Shown one piece after another: positions 10,530-19,737 of a stretch of DNA of 64,000 nucleotides (positions are counted from its first letter, which is position 1; the number at the start of each line of letters is the position of its first letter). The stretch is from assembly GCA_963719515.1 (NCBI GenBank), contig CAVRCJ010000010.1, forward strand, positions 32,001 to 96,000. Reading direction: 5' to 3'. The notes under the pieces are model-generated. The model ran no database searches and had not been told where the DNA came from. It saw only the letters and a list, made by a program, of their open reading frames with translations. A program made the position numbers and the translations under genes. The DNA is from an uncultured cyanobacterium. GTDB taxonomy: Bacteria > Cyanobacteriota > Cyanobacteriia > CAKZMO01.

Positions 10530-11237
10530 ATGACTACCCCACCACCCGCCATTTCTATCCATCAGCTCAATCACATCTTCGGCAGCGGACAGCTCCGTAA
10601 ACAGGTGCTCACCGACATTACGCTAGACATCGCCACTGGCGAAATCGTAATTATGACCGGGCCATCAGGCTCCGGGAAAACCACCCTGCTTACCCTAATC
10701 GGCGGCCTGCGATCGCCTCAGACCGGTAGCCTCAACGTGGCAGGCCACGAGCTATGTCAGGCCAGCGATCGCCAGCTGGTGGCAGCGCGACGGCACAACG
10801 GCTATATCTTCCAGGCTCACAATCTTCACGGCAGCTTGACGGCTCTAGAAAACGTGCAGATGGCCCTAGAGGTGCAGGGGACCTTGTCACAGCTAGAGCG
10901 CCACCGCCGCGCCGCTGAGATGCTGATCCAGGTCGGGCTAGAAGATCGCCTCCAGTACTACCCGGCAGACCTGTCGGGGGGGCAAAAGCAGCGGGTGGCG
11001 ATCGCCCGCGCCTTGGTGAGCCACCCAAAGATTGTGTTGGCGGATGAGCCAACGGCGGCGCTAGACAGCAAGTCGGGGCGGGATGTGGTGGATATTATGT
11101 ACCGTTTGGCCAAAGAGCAAGGGTGTACGATTTTGCTGGTGACCCACGATAGCCGGATTTTGGACGTCGCTGACCGCATTGTTCATATGGAAGATGGGCG
11201 CTTGGCCCAATCAGCCAACGTCCGGAGTCCTGTCTGA
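10530..11237 (+). CDS. devA: DevA-family ABC transporter ATP-binding protein
   Basis: GPSGSGKTT, LSGGQKQR, LADEPT, VTHD. Confidence 0.93.
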   Translation: MTTPPPAISIHQLNHIFGSGQLRKQVLTDITLDIATGEIVIMTGPSGSGKTTLLTLIGGLRSPQTGSLNVAGHELCQASDRQLVAARRHNGYIFQAHNLHGSLTALENVQMALEVQGTLSQLERHRRAAEMLIQVGLEDRLQYYPADLSGGQKQRVAIARALVSHPKIVLADEPTAALDSKSGRDVVDIMYRLAKEQGCTILLVTHDSRILDVADRIVHMEDGRLAQSANVRSPV

Positions 11238-11275
11238 GCTAGCGGTAGCGAGACCGTAATTTGATCTGAGCTAGC

Positions 11276-12781
11276 CTAGCGCATTGTCTCTAGTTTGTGG
11301 GCAATAGAGGGCTTTAGCTTCTCCAACTCAGCCTTCAGGACGGATTTACTGAGGCTGAAGTCAGACGCTCGCGCAGCTTGACCCATCATCGAGAATTCGT
11401 TGAGCCGCTTTGCTTGGGTTTCAAGCAGCTCTGGCTTGACCAACACCGACGGCTCTGTAATCGTCAGCAGCTTCACGTAGGAGCACCGCTGGGCGTCTTC
11501 TAAAGAAAAGCACAGCATACGGTAGTGCCTTGTTTTACTGAGTACCCGCAGCAGCTGCTGTCCCTGCGGTAGTTTGAGATCGAGGTAGCAAGGCAGCCAC
11601 CGGGGGCTGTGCTCGTAGTTGTAGAGCACCGTCGCCCAAAGTAAAACGGGATGCGGCGACGCCAAAAACATAAACTTGTTGTAGGGAATCGCCGCCGCTA
11701 TCCGTTCAATATCGCGGTAGGGCAGCATCACCCAAAGCGTCGCAAAGAGCTCGTCTTCGAACTGCATGAGTTGGGGAAAGACGATTTCGGCTCGAGGTTT
11801 TCCCTCAGGCCACACAGCGCGGCGGCACTGCGCTTCAATAGACGAGGAGAGATTGTAGGGCTTTGGCCTTTCTTCGAGGATAGCGGGGTAGGATTTGTAC
11901 TGCTCTGCGATGGGCTCTAGCCGCTTCAAAACCTCGCTGACGTGCTGCGGGCGACGGCTAGGAGATTTGGCCATGCAGTCCATAATCAGCTGATCTAGCT
12001 CCTTTGGAACCCGAGTTCCAGGGCAAGCTGCATCGATTGAAAGGGGCTGCAGCTTACGGTGAGCCTGATACCACCCGCCGAAATTGTTGTTGACGGGCTG
12101 AAAGGGGAGCTTTCCCGTCAGCATTTGGAACATCATAACGCCGAGGCTGTAGAGATCAGAGCGCTGATCGAGGTTTTGGCCCTCCATTTGCTCTGGAGAA
12201 GCGTAGGCCAGAGTCCCCATGAAGCAGTCCGTCTGCTGCGAGTCTGCCTGGCGCATTTTGGCGATGCCAAAATCGAGAACTTTGACGAGCTGACCTAGCG
12301 TATCGTTCTCAGCGACAAAAATATTGCTGGGCTTGATGTCGCGGTGAATGACCGGAAACGTCTCGTCGTCGATCTCAATCCCCTGGTGCGCTCGCTGCAG
12401 CCCCAAGCAGGTTTGCCGTGAGACGTCTAGAAACTGCGGCAGCGGGAGTGGATTATAGCGAACCATGTCGGCCAGGCTTTGCCCAACCAGGTGCTCCATG
12501 ACGTAAAAAGGCACTTTGCGATCGTCGATACCGTAATCCGTTACTCGCACGATGTGAACGTTTCGCTGACCCAAGATAGCGCAGGTTTGGGCCTCTCGCT
12601 CAAACCGCTCCCGCATCTTTTGGTTGAGTAGCGTCTGCGCCAAAAATTTGACGGCGACCATGACCCCTCCTAGGGTCAAATCTTTAGCGGCATACACCCG
12701 ACCCATTGAACCTTGGCCCAAGGGTCTGACAAGCTGATATCGGTTAGCTAGTTTACGGCCAAGGTTGGTGTCTGCCTGCAC
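11276..12781 (-). CDS. Hanks-type Ser/Thr protein kinase with uncharacterised C-terminal domain
   Basis: LGQGSMGRVY, VAVK, HRDIKPSN, DFG, YASPEQ, SDLYSLG. Confidence 0.93.
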   Translation of the reverse strand: MQADTNLGRKLANRYQLVRPLGQGSMGRVYAAKDLTLGGVMVAVKFLAQTLLNQKMRERFEREAQTCAILGQRNVHIVRVTDYGIDDRKVPFYVMEHLVGQSLADMVRYNPLPLPQFLDVSRQTCLGLQRAHQGIEIDDETFPVIHRDIKPSNIFVAENDTLGQLVKVLDFGIAKMRQADSQQTDCFMGTLAYASPEQMEGQNLDQRSDLYSLGVMMFQMLTGKLPFQPVNNNFGGWYQAHRKLQPLSIDAACPGTRVPKELDQLIMDCMAKSPSRRPQHVSEVLKRLEPIAEQYKSYPAILEERPKPYNLSSSIEAQCRRAVWPEGKPRAEIVFPQLMQFEDELFATLWVMLPYRDIERIAAAIPYNKFMFLASPHPVLLWATVLYNYEHSPRWLPCYLDLKLPQGQQLLRVLSKTRHYRMLCFSLEDAQRCSYVKLLTITEPSVLVKPELLETQAKRLNEFSMMGQAARASDFSLSKSVLKAELEKLKPSIAHKLETMR

Positions 12782-13530
12782 TGGAATGCCCTCGCATCAT
12801 GATCTATGGCTTTTGGCGAAGCGCGGCGCAGAAGGTCACCCACGGTCAAGCTTCGCCTATGAACAATTTTTCCCGAATAGATGCCCCGAAGTGAGACCAA
12901 AATCCATCTCGGAAACTGGAGTTCCCGCGCTATATGAGAGTGTTGTACAATCTCGCAAGCTGTGTAGCCGTCAGCAAAGCGCCGCAGGTTGACCTCGCCG
13001 GGAAGAGGACGTCCAGTACAGCAGCGTTTGTTGATGACGACCTACTTTCTTAACGATTATAGTTACGGGCTGCGAATAGCTCTCAGCGTCAGCTGCAGTC
13101 TTGCCTTTTCTTTTACAAAGATGCCCTATTCAGTCATAGCAGTGTTTATGCCATTGGACTACGCCAGTCTGTTCTTTTTCCCAAAGTTTTGGGGAACTTG
13201 AGGCACTGGTCAGTAAGCCCAAGCTCAACGCATCACTCCGTTGAATTGGCTTCGAAGTGAGCCAATAGCCGCAAGTGATAGCCTTTGCCGTGGCGCTTAC
13301 CCAAGAGATCGAAGACATATTCAGTAAAGAAGATTGGAATTTTGGGGCGTGAGGGCTATATTAATTGTGCAGTACCGATTGACACTGCATTCTGGCTGCA
13401 CTTCGGGGATCTACGACCATTTATTGCTTATGAAGGCCAGAGGCTTGCTCTGCTGTTGTAGCGGTTTGCTGCACTTTTGATTTTGCCTGTAGCTGGCGCC
13501 TTACCCACTTCCACGATCGCCTAACATCCT

Positions 13531-14100
13531 ATGTCCGTGCCAAACCGTTCTACACCCAGTTACGCTAAGGCTCGTCGCCGATCGCGGACGTCCCGAGCGC
13601 TAGGGGCTAGCGCAACCCGCTCTTCTAGCCTTCAGGTGAGCGGGTCGGCTGCCCTTGCTCCCCTTCCCGCCTCCCCTCGGGCGATCGCCCCTAAGCCTGC
13701 GCAACCTTCACTGGTCGTAACGTTCCCGAAAGGGCGACGACGTCGGCAGCCTAAAGCTCTACAGCTGTTGATGGTGGCCCAGCGGAGTTCTTTCATCTGC
13801 GCCTCTACGGTGACGGCTATTGCCCTAACGCTTTACGGTTGGACGGTTTACTCCCAGCAGCGGTGGTCGAACCACTACAGCCGCTTTAGGCAGCTTCAGC
13901 ACTATGAACAGCAGTTGGTTACCGTTACGGGTGCCCTCGAAGCGCAGATTTTACAGCCCGCTGACGCCGCGTCCATCGTGCGGCCTATTACCCCCGACGA
14001 CGTTGTCGAGCTGGTTCCGGCTGCGCCCCGGTCAGCGATCGCCGAACCTACCCCCCCTTCTGAGCTGACCTGGTCCGCGCCTCAGCCCGTTGGATACTGA
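13531..14100 (+). CDS. Single-TM coiled-coil protein upstream of ftsI (FtsL-like candidate)
   Basis: Basic N-terminus, TM segment, heptad region RQLQHYEQQLV; stop 14 nt before the PBP gene. Confidence 0.7.
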   Translation: MSVPNRSTPSYAKARRRSRTSRALGASATRSSSLQVSGSAALAPLPASPRAIAPKPAQPSLVVTFPKGRRRRQPKALQLLMVAQRSSFICASTVTAIALTLYGWTVYSQQRWSNHYSRFRQLQHYEQQLVTVTGALEAQILQPADAASIVRPITPDDVVELVPAAPRSAIAEPTPPSELTWSAPQPVGY

Positions 14101-14114
14101 GGCGGTGCATTAAT

Positions 14115-16049
14115 ATGGCTCCCCGGCTCCCTGTTCATCGCTACTCTCCCCGGCAAGCTCAACCTGTTGGACGCCGCCCCAGTGCAGGGAGCGCGGTCAC
14201 GCTGGCAACGCTAGGTCGCGCTAAACCGGGCCGCGCTAATCTGGGCCGCGCTAATCTGGGCCGCGCTAAATCGGGCCGCGCTAATCTGGGTCGCAGTCGG
14301 AGACCCTCACGGGACCGCCGCGCCTCAGCGCTGTCTTACCGCTGCCCCAAGCCTCGGCTGATTGCGGCGTGGCTGCTGCTGGTCATGGCGATCGCAGGGC
14401 TAGGCGCGCGGCTATTCCACCTGCAAATCCTGCAGTCTGATACCCTTGCTCAGCGCGCTGAAGGGCAGCGCCGAATTGCGGTTATGCCGCTGATTTCCCG
14501 TCGCCCCGTCGTTGACCGGTACAACCGCGTTGTCGCCACCGATCGCCAGGTGTATACTCTCTACGTCCATCCAAACCAGTTCGAGGATTCTTCCCAAGCC
14601 TATATCTCTGAGGTGGCCGCTAAACTAGCGCCGCTGGTTGACCAAGACGCTGACAGCCTTCGCAGTCAGCTCAGCAGCGCTGACAGCGGGATCAAGCTGC
14701 AGGAAGGGATAACGGAGGACACCGCCAACCGAATTCGACGGCTTTACCTCAACGGGCTCGATTTGAGTTCTCAGCGCGAGCGATTTTATGCCCACGCGGG
14801 CGCGCTTGCCCATATAATCGGCTACGTCGATTCGGATGGCCTAGGGCAAGTCGGCGTTGAGCAAAGCTATGAAGATCAGCTGGCTCAGCCGTTTGAGGCT
14901 ACCGATCTGATCCAAGGGGGCAATGGCGCGGTTGTCTCCAGCGGCGTCCCGGCTGAACTGCTGCATCGCGACGATCTCAGCCTTAAGCTCACAATTGACA
15001 GCCGCCTGCAGCAGATTGCCTATCACGCTCTACAGGAGCAGGTGGAGGCCTATGGCGCTGACAAAGGAGCAGTCATGGTGATGGATGTCCGCACCGGAGC
15101 GCTGCGGGCTATGGCTACAACGCCCACCTATGACCCCAATCAGTTCTATAACTCCGATCTTGAGACGCTCAAAAACTGGGTGCTCAGCGATCTCTACGAG
15201 CCGGGATCGACGTTCAAACCCATCAACGTGGCGATCGCCCTAGAGACAGGTTACCTACAGCCCACCGATATCATCAGCGACGAGGGTAGGATTGTCTTCG
15301 GCCAGTGGACAATTCAAAACCATGACTACGAGACGGTAGGTAGCCGAGGGGCGCTCAGCGTCAGCGAGGTGCTCCAGTATTCCAGCAATGTGGGCATGGT
15401 CAACATTATGAAGCGTATGCCGCGAGAGGAATACTACAGCTGGCTGGAGCGCCTAGGGCTGCGGGAGGAGACTGGAATCGACCTGCCCTCTGAGGCGTTG
15501 AGCTTGCTCAAGTCTCAAGAGCAGTTCACCCAATCGCCCGTTGAAGCGGCAACGACGGCGTTTGGTCAGGGATTTTCCCTCTCTGCGATTCAGCTTTTAA
15601 AGCTTCATGCGGCAGTTTCTAACGGCGGTACCTTGGTGACTCCCCATGTCATTGAAGGGCTGTTTGATAACCACGATGTCTCCCAGTGGCAGCCTGAGCG
15701 CCCCGCAGTACGACGGGTTTTTTCCCCGAAAACCAGCCGAGCCGTAATGTCTATGATGGAAGATGTGGTTGTTGAAGGCAGCGGTGAACCGGCTCAAATT
15801 AAAAACTATCGTATTGCTGGAAAAACAGGAACGGCCCAGAAGGCCGGAGCGGGGGGCTATTCCAACTCTCGCGTCACCAGCTTTGTCAGCGTCTTACCGG
15901 CAGACAATCCCCGCTACGTCGTGTTGACCCTAATCGATGAGCCTCAGGGAGAGGGGGCTTACGGCTCAACGGTGGCCGCGCCCGTGGCCAAAAAGGTGAT
16001 GGAGGCGCTGATTGTGATGGAAGGGTTGCCCCGCCAGCAGACCGACTAG
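14115..16049 (+). CDS. ftsI: Class B penicillin-binding protein (FtsI/PBP2 family)
   Basis: EPGSTFK (SxxK), SSN (SxN), GKTGTAQK (KTG); N-terminal TM. Confidence 0.9.
   Translation: MAPRLPVHRYSPRQAQPVGRRPSAGSAVTLATLGRAKPGRANLGRANLGRAKSGRANLGRSRRPSRDRRASALSYRCPKPRLIAAWLLLVMAIAGLGARLFHLQILQSDTLAQRAEGQRRIAVMPLISRRPVVDRYNRVVATDRQVYTLYVHPNQFEDSSQAYISEVAAKLAPLVDQDADSLRSQLSSADSGIKLQEGITEDTANRIRRLYLNGLDLSSQRERFYAHAGALAHIIGYVDSDGLGQVGVEQSYEDQLAQPFEATDLIQGGNGAVVSSGVPAELLHRDDLSLKLTIDSRLQQIAYHALQEQVEAYGADKGAVMVMDVRTGALRAMATTPTYDPNQFYNSDLETLKNWVLSDLYEPGSTFKPINVAIALETGYLQPTDIISDEGRIVFGQWTIQNHDYETVGSRGALSVSEVLQYSSNVGMVNIMKRMPREEYYSWLERLGLREETGIDLPSEALSLLKSQEQFTQSPVEAATTAFGQGFSLSAIQLLKLHAAVSNGGTLVTPHVIEGLFDNHDVSQWQPERPAVRRVFSPKTSRAVMSMMEDVVVEGSGEPAQIKNYRIAGKTGTAQKAGAGGYSNSRVTSFVSVLPADNPRYVVLTLIDEPQGEGAYGSTVAAPVAKKVMEALIVMEGLPRQQTD
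14211..14294. repeat. In-frame 15-bp tandem repeat (~5.6 copies, LGRAN-like) in the PBP N-terminus
   Basis: Units such as CTGGGCCGCGCTAAT starting at 14211, 14226, 14241, 14256, 14271. Confidence 0.92.
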
Positions 16050-16095
16050 TGATACCATCAGTCAAATTACGTTAGGCTATAGCCTCAGTTTACAG

Positions 16096-16812
16096 ATGTC
16101 TACCGTCACCCTCCCCAAAAGTCTAGATGAAGCCGTGGTCCAAGCTCAAAGGGCAACTCAAGCCGCCCTCGACGATGGTCACCAGCGCCTTCAGGTGGAG
16201 CTGCTGTTTCCTGAGCTAAAGGTGATGCCCGTAGCCCAATCGTTTTTGGAGGAGTTCGAAGCTTTAGGTGCGGCTCTGCGGGTTGTATTCCCTGATGCGG
16301 GTTCGGCGGCGCTGGCGCGACGAGACTGGGGCGACAAGTCGTTTGTGATGCGCGGTATAAGCGACATGAACGCGAAGTTTCAGGACGACGAGGCGATGTT
16401 CATTTTTGTTGAGCCGTCCTCGGTTGAGGTGACCCAGGTGGAAACCCTCTGTCAGGCCGCAGGCGATCGCCCCGTGGTCATGCTCAACCCGAGCCTAGAA
16501 GATGTGGCCGTTGTGGGGATCGGCTACGCGGCCAGGCAGCTGCGAGAGCGGTTTTTGAGCCTGTTTGAATCCTGCTACTACCTCAGACCGCTGAACGACG
16601 CGGCGCTATTTCGCTGCTACCCCAGCCCTTGGCAGGTGTGGCGACAGGTGGGAGAGGAGTACGAATGGGTCGGGGAGCAAGACACCCGTCCCAGTTCAGA
16701 TGAGATTGATCAGATGCTGATGGGCACCCTAGATGAAGATGGCCCAAAGCGAGCTGTCCGGCGCGGTATATTGTCGGAGCTACAGTCGTTTCTGCGGGCG
16801 CTGAGCCAATAA
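16096..16812 (+). CDS. DUF1995-family protein
   Basis: LPKSLDEA...QVELLFPEL, FPDAGSAALARRDW, VGIGYAARQLRERFL, FRCYPSPWQV. Confidence 0.85.
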   Translation: MSTVTLPKSLDEAVVQAQRATQAALDDGHQRLQVELLFPELKVMPVAQSFLEEFEALGAALRVVFPDAGSAALARRDWGDKSFVMRGISDMNAKFQDDEAMFIFVEPSSVEVTQVETLCQAAGDRPVVMLNPSLEDVAVVGIGYAARQLRERFLSLFESCYYLRPLNDAALFRCYPSPWQVWRQVGEEYEWVGEQDTRPSSDEIDQMLMGTLDEDGPKRAVRRGILSELQSFLRALSQ

Positions 16813-16923
16813 ATATACTAGTCAACACAGCAAATAACCTTCGTAAAGATTCAATTAACGTTGTTTCAGTTTCATGCAATTAGCGCTTTAGACCCAGTAG
16901 GTTATCAAAGAGGGATAGGAGCG

Positions 16924-16968
16924 CTACAGGGCGCTAATCTACAGGTCGCCAATCTACAGGGCGTTAAG
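16924..16968. repeat. Intergenic 15-bp tandem repeat x3 (CTACAGGGCGCTAAT-like)
   Basis: CTACAGGGCGCTAAT / CTACAGGTCGCCAAT / CTACAGGGCGTTAAG. Confidence 0.8.
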
Positions 16969-17052
16969 ACAGTGGGTGTTGAATAGAGTCGATAAGACAG
17001 ACGGTGCAGTTGGCTCCTAGCCTGATTTCGTTAGTAACCAGAGGTTTGAGGC

Positions 17053-17811
17053 GTGTTTCAAGGCCGTCAGATTGTAATTGGTGATGTGCATGGGCAGTAC
17101 GACGGATTGATGCGACTGCTCGAAGCCGCCAATCTTACCTCAAGCGATCGCGTTTATTTTCTGGGTGATCTGATCGATCGCGGACCTAAGAGTGCTCAGG
17201 TACTGTCGCTTATTCAGCAGCAGGGCTACGTCTCTTTGCTCGGCAACCACGAGCAAATGCTGCTAGATGCGTTTCCTAACGGTAAGGCCGCGCCTTCAGC
17301 GCTAGCGGCTTGGCTATACAGCGGCGGACAGGCTACGCTGGACAGTTTTGACACTGTTCAAGACCTAATCGCGCAGCTTGACTGGATTAATTCCTGGCCC
17401 ACATACCTTGATCTGGGCGATACCTGGCTGGTCCACGCAGGGGTTAACCCCGATGTGTGCCTTGAGAAGCAAACTAAGCAGGACCTCTGCTGGATTCGCC
17501 AAAAGTTTCACAGCATTCCCCGCCCTTACTTCGCGGATAAGCTGATTATCACCGGGCACACCATCACGTTCACCCTGCCCGATATTGCCCCAGGCGCTTT
17601 GGTGAGAGGAGAAGGGTGGCTCGACATCGATACCGGAGCCTACCACCCCCGCAGCGGCTGGCTTACAGGAGTAGACCTCACTTACCAGAAGGTCTATCAG
17701 GTGAATGTCTACACTAAGGATCGCCGCTGCTTATCTTTAGAAGAAGCGGTGGTAAAAATCGACCCGACCTTGATTCCCCGCCGCAGGCCGCTGGCTAGGT
17801 TTGCAGGCTAG
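17053..17811 (+). CDS. Metallophosphoesterase (PPP-type Ser/Thr phosphatase family)
   Basis: GDVHG, GDLIDRG, GNHE, HAG, GHT, IDTG. Confidence 0.93.
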   Translation: MFQGRQIVIGDVHGQYDGLMRLLEAANLTSSDRVYFLGDLIDRGPKSAQVLSLIQQQGYVSLLGNHEQMLLDAFPNGKAAPSALAAWLYSGGQATLDSFDTVQDLIAQLDWINSWPTYLDLGDTWLVHAGVNPDVCLEKQTKQDLCWIRQKFHSIPRPYFADKLIITGHTITFTLPDIAPGALVRGEGWLDIDTGAYHPRSGWLTGVDLTYQKVYQVNVYTKDRRCLSLEEAVVKIDPTLIPRRRPLARFAG

Positions 17812-17835
17812 ACCTTGCGGTCTAAGGTTTGCAGG

Positions 17836-18483
17836 CTAGACCTCGCCGAGATGAGCCACGTCATTAAACCGCCGAATTTGCCACAGCGAGCTGTTGAGCT
17901 TCTGCTCAGGCGTGGCCCAGCGATCGCGGTCGAGCCAAATTTCGATCAGGCCCGCGTTGTTTAGGGGAAATTCCCAGGTGCGATCGCAGCCTAGCAGCGC
18001 CGACAGTAAGTGCTGCAAGAGCCACTGGTGAGACACTACCCAGACCTGCTCCCCGGCCTGATGGGTCAGTAGCTTTGCCATGACGCGGTCGGCGCGATCG
18101 CGCCCCGACTGCAGAGTCTCCGCTCCGGGAATAGGGATCCAATCATGGGAGTGGGTGAGCCGCTGGCATAGTTCAGGATAGCGACTTGAGGCCTCTGCCC
18201 AAGTTAGCCCTGCAAAGACGCCATTCTGGAACTCCTGCAGATCATCTAAATAGACCAGGGGAGGTGGCGACTGCTGAGCCTGCTGAAGAATCTTCGCTGT
18301 TTCTGCCGCCCGCTGCAGCGGACTGGCATAGAGACGAGTGGGGCTAGGACCTTGCCCTAAGCGCTCTGCCAACTGCTGAGCCTGCTGTCTACCGAGGGCC
18401 GTCAGCGCGTCGTGGCGTCCCATCATCCGGCCTTCAGCGTTTCCCACTGATTGGGCGTGACGAATCAACAGCAGCCGCAGCAT
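17836..18483 (-). CDS. Histidine phosphatase family protein
   Basis: LIRHAQS, SPLQRAAETA, VVSH. Start set at ATG 18483 with TAAGGAG RBS; the longer track ORF overlaps ycf39. Confidence 0.9.
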   Translation of the reverse strand: MLRLLLIRHAQSVGNAEGRMMGRHDALTALGRQQAQQLAERLGQGPSPTRLYASPLQRAAETAKILQQAQQSPPPLVYLDDLQEFQNGVFAGLTWAEASSRYPELCQRLTHSHDWIPIPGAETLQSGRDRADRVMAKLLTHQAGEQVWVVSHQWLLQHLLSALLGCDRTWEFPLNNAGLIEIWLDRDRWATPEQKLNSSLWQIRRFNDVAHLGEV

Positions 18484-18547
18484 TGGGCGATCGCTCCTTA
18501 GGGGTTTGGTCTCTAGACGTTTGGCCTTTAGACCTCGAGCCTTTGGC

Positions 18548-19525
18548 CTAGACTCCGGTTTTGAAGGGCGTTTTTTTCTTCTTCTTAGACTTCTGCTTCT
18601 CGTAGTCGATTTCTCGCAGCTTTTTGAGAATGCGGTCAAAGTACTCTTTGAGATAGGCTTCTAGGGTCGTGATGCTTTCAGGGTCGATGTCGAACGCTGC
18701 GTAGGTTTTTTCCATGCTGGCGTCGAGGGGCTTGCCTGAGGCCACTACCTCCATAAAGGCAAGGCGATCGGCGATGTTGGAGGTCCACTGGAAAAAGCGC
18801 GCCGACCGGCGGATCACCCGCAGCAGGCCGCTGGGCATGCGCGTGATGCGGGCGTCTTTGCCCGACAGCCGCTCGCACAGCCGGATGATTTCGTAAGCGC
18901 CCCAAGCGCGGCTGCCCACAATCGGAAAGGTCTCTCCTACGGTCTCTGGTCGCTCTAGAGCCTGGATAGCGAAGCGAGCAATATCTTGGGTATTCATGTA
19001 GGCTGTGGGTGAAGTATCCCCCATCACCCACACGGCCTGACCCTCAAGAATCGGAATGGCGTATTGGCCGATCAAGCCCTGCAGGAAGCCACAGGGACGC
19101 AAGATGGTGTAATCTAGCCCGGATTCTGCCAGGTACGCCTCTGTGCAGCGCTTGATCTCCATCAGCGGCACGTCCGGATATTTCTCAGCATCTAAAATAG
19201 AGATAAAGATGAAGCGCTTCACCCCGCAAGCCTGAGTCGCCTTGATCAAGTTAACCTTCCCTTCCCAGTCCACCTGACGAATAGACACAGAGTCTGTGGG
19301 ACGGTTGGCAGAGGCGTCGATTACAGCGTCGATTCCCTCTAGGGCAGCTGGCAAGGTGTCAGGCCGGCGGAGGTCTCCACCCGCAAGTTCAGTTCCCCAT
19401 TCTTTTAGAAAAGCGGCTCTTCGAAAACTTCGAACTAGACAGCGGACCTGATGTCCCTCATCTAACGCACGGCGGGCTATTTGACGACCTAGGGTACCCG
19501 TCGCACCAACGATCAATACTTTCAT
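18548..19525 (-). CDS. ycf39: Ycf39-like NAD(P)-binding atypical SDR
   Basis: VGATGTLGRQIARRALDEG, FLKEWG, PLMEIKRCTE, QGLIGQYAIPILE. Confidence 0.88.
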   Translation of the reverse strand: MKVLIVGATGTLGRQIARRALDEGHQVRCLVRSFRRAAFLKEWGTELAGGDLRRPDTLPAALEGIDAVIDASANRPTDSVSIRQVDWEGKVNLIKATQACGVKRFIFISILDAEKYPDVPLMEIKRCTEAYLAESGLDYTILRPCGFLQGLIGQYAIPILEGQAVWVMGDTSPTAYMNTQDIARFAIQALERPETVGETFPIVGSRAWGAYEIIRLCERLSGKDARITRMPSGLLRVIRRSARFFQWTSNIADRLAFMEVVASGKPLDASMEKTYAAFDIDPESITTLEAYLKEYFDRILKKLREIDYEKQKSKKKKKTPFKTGV

Positions 19526-19737
19526 GGGGAAACTTAACTGTTGTATCGTTAACTTTTTATAAGATTTTATCAGATAAGGTAAGCTTACCCTAAATTGACC
19601 GCAGCGATCGCTACTAACCCTTTCAAGATAGAGCTAAGCGTTCCAACCCTCGCCTTCTAGCGATCCCACCACGATTCGCAATCTTTCACTGCGCCAACAG
19701 CACATAAGATTGAAGGGGCCACTAGGGAAACAGGGCA

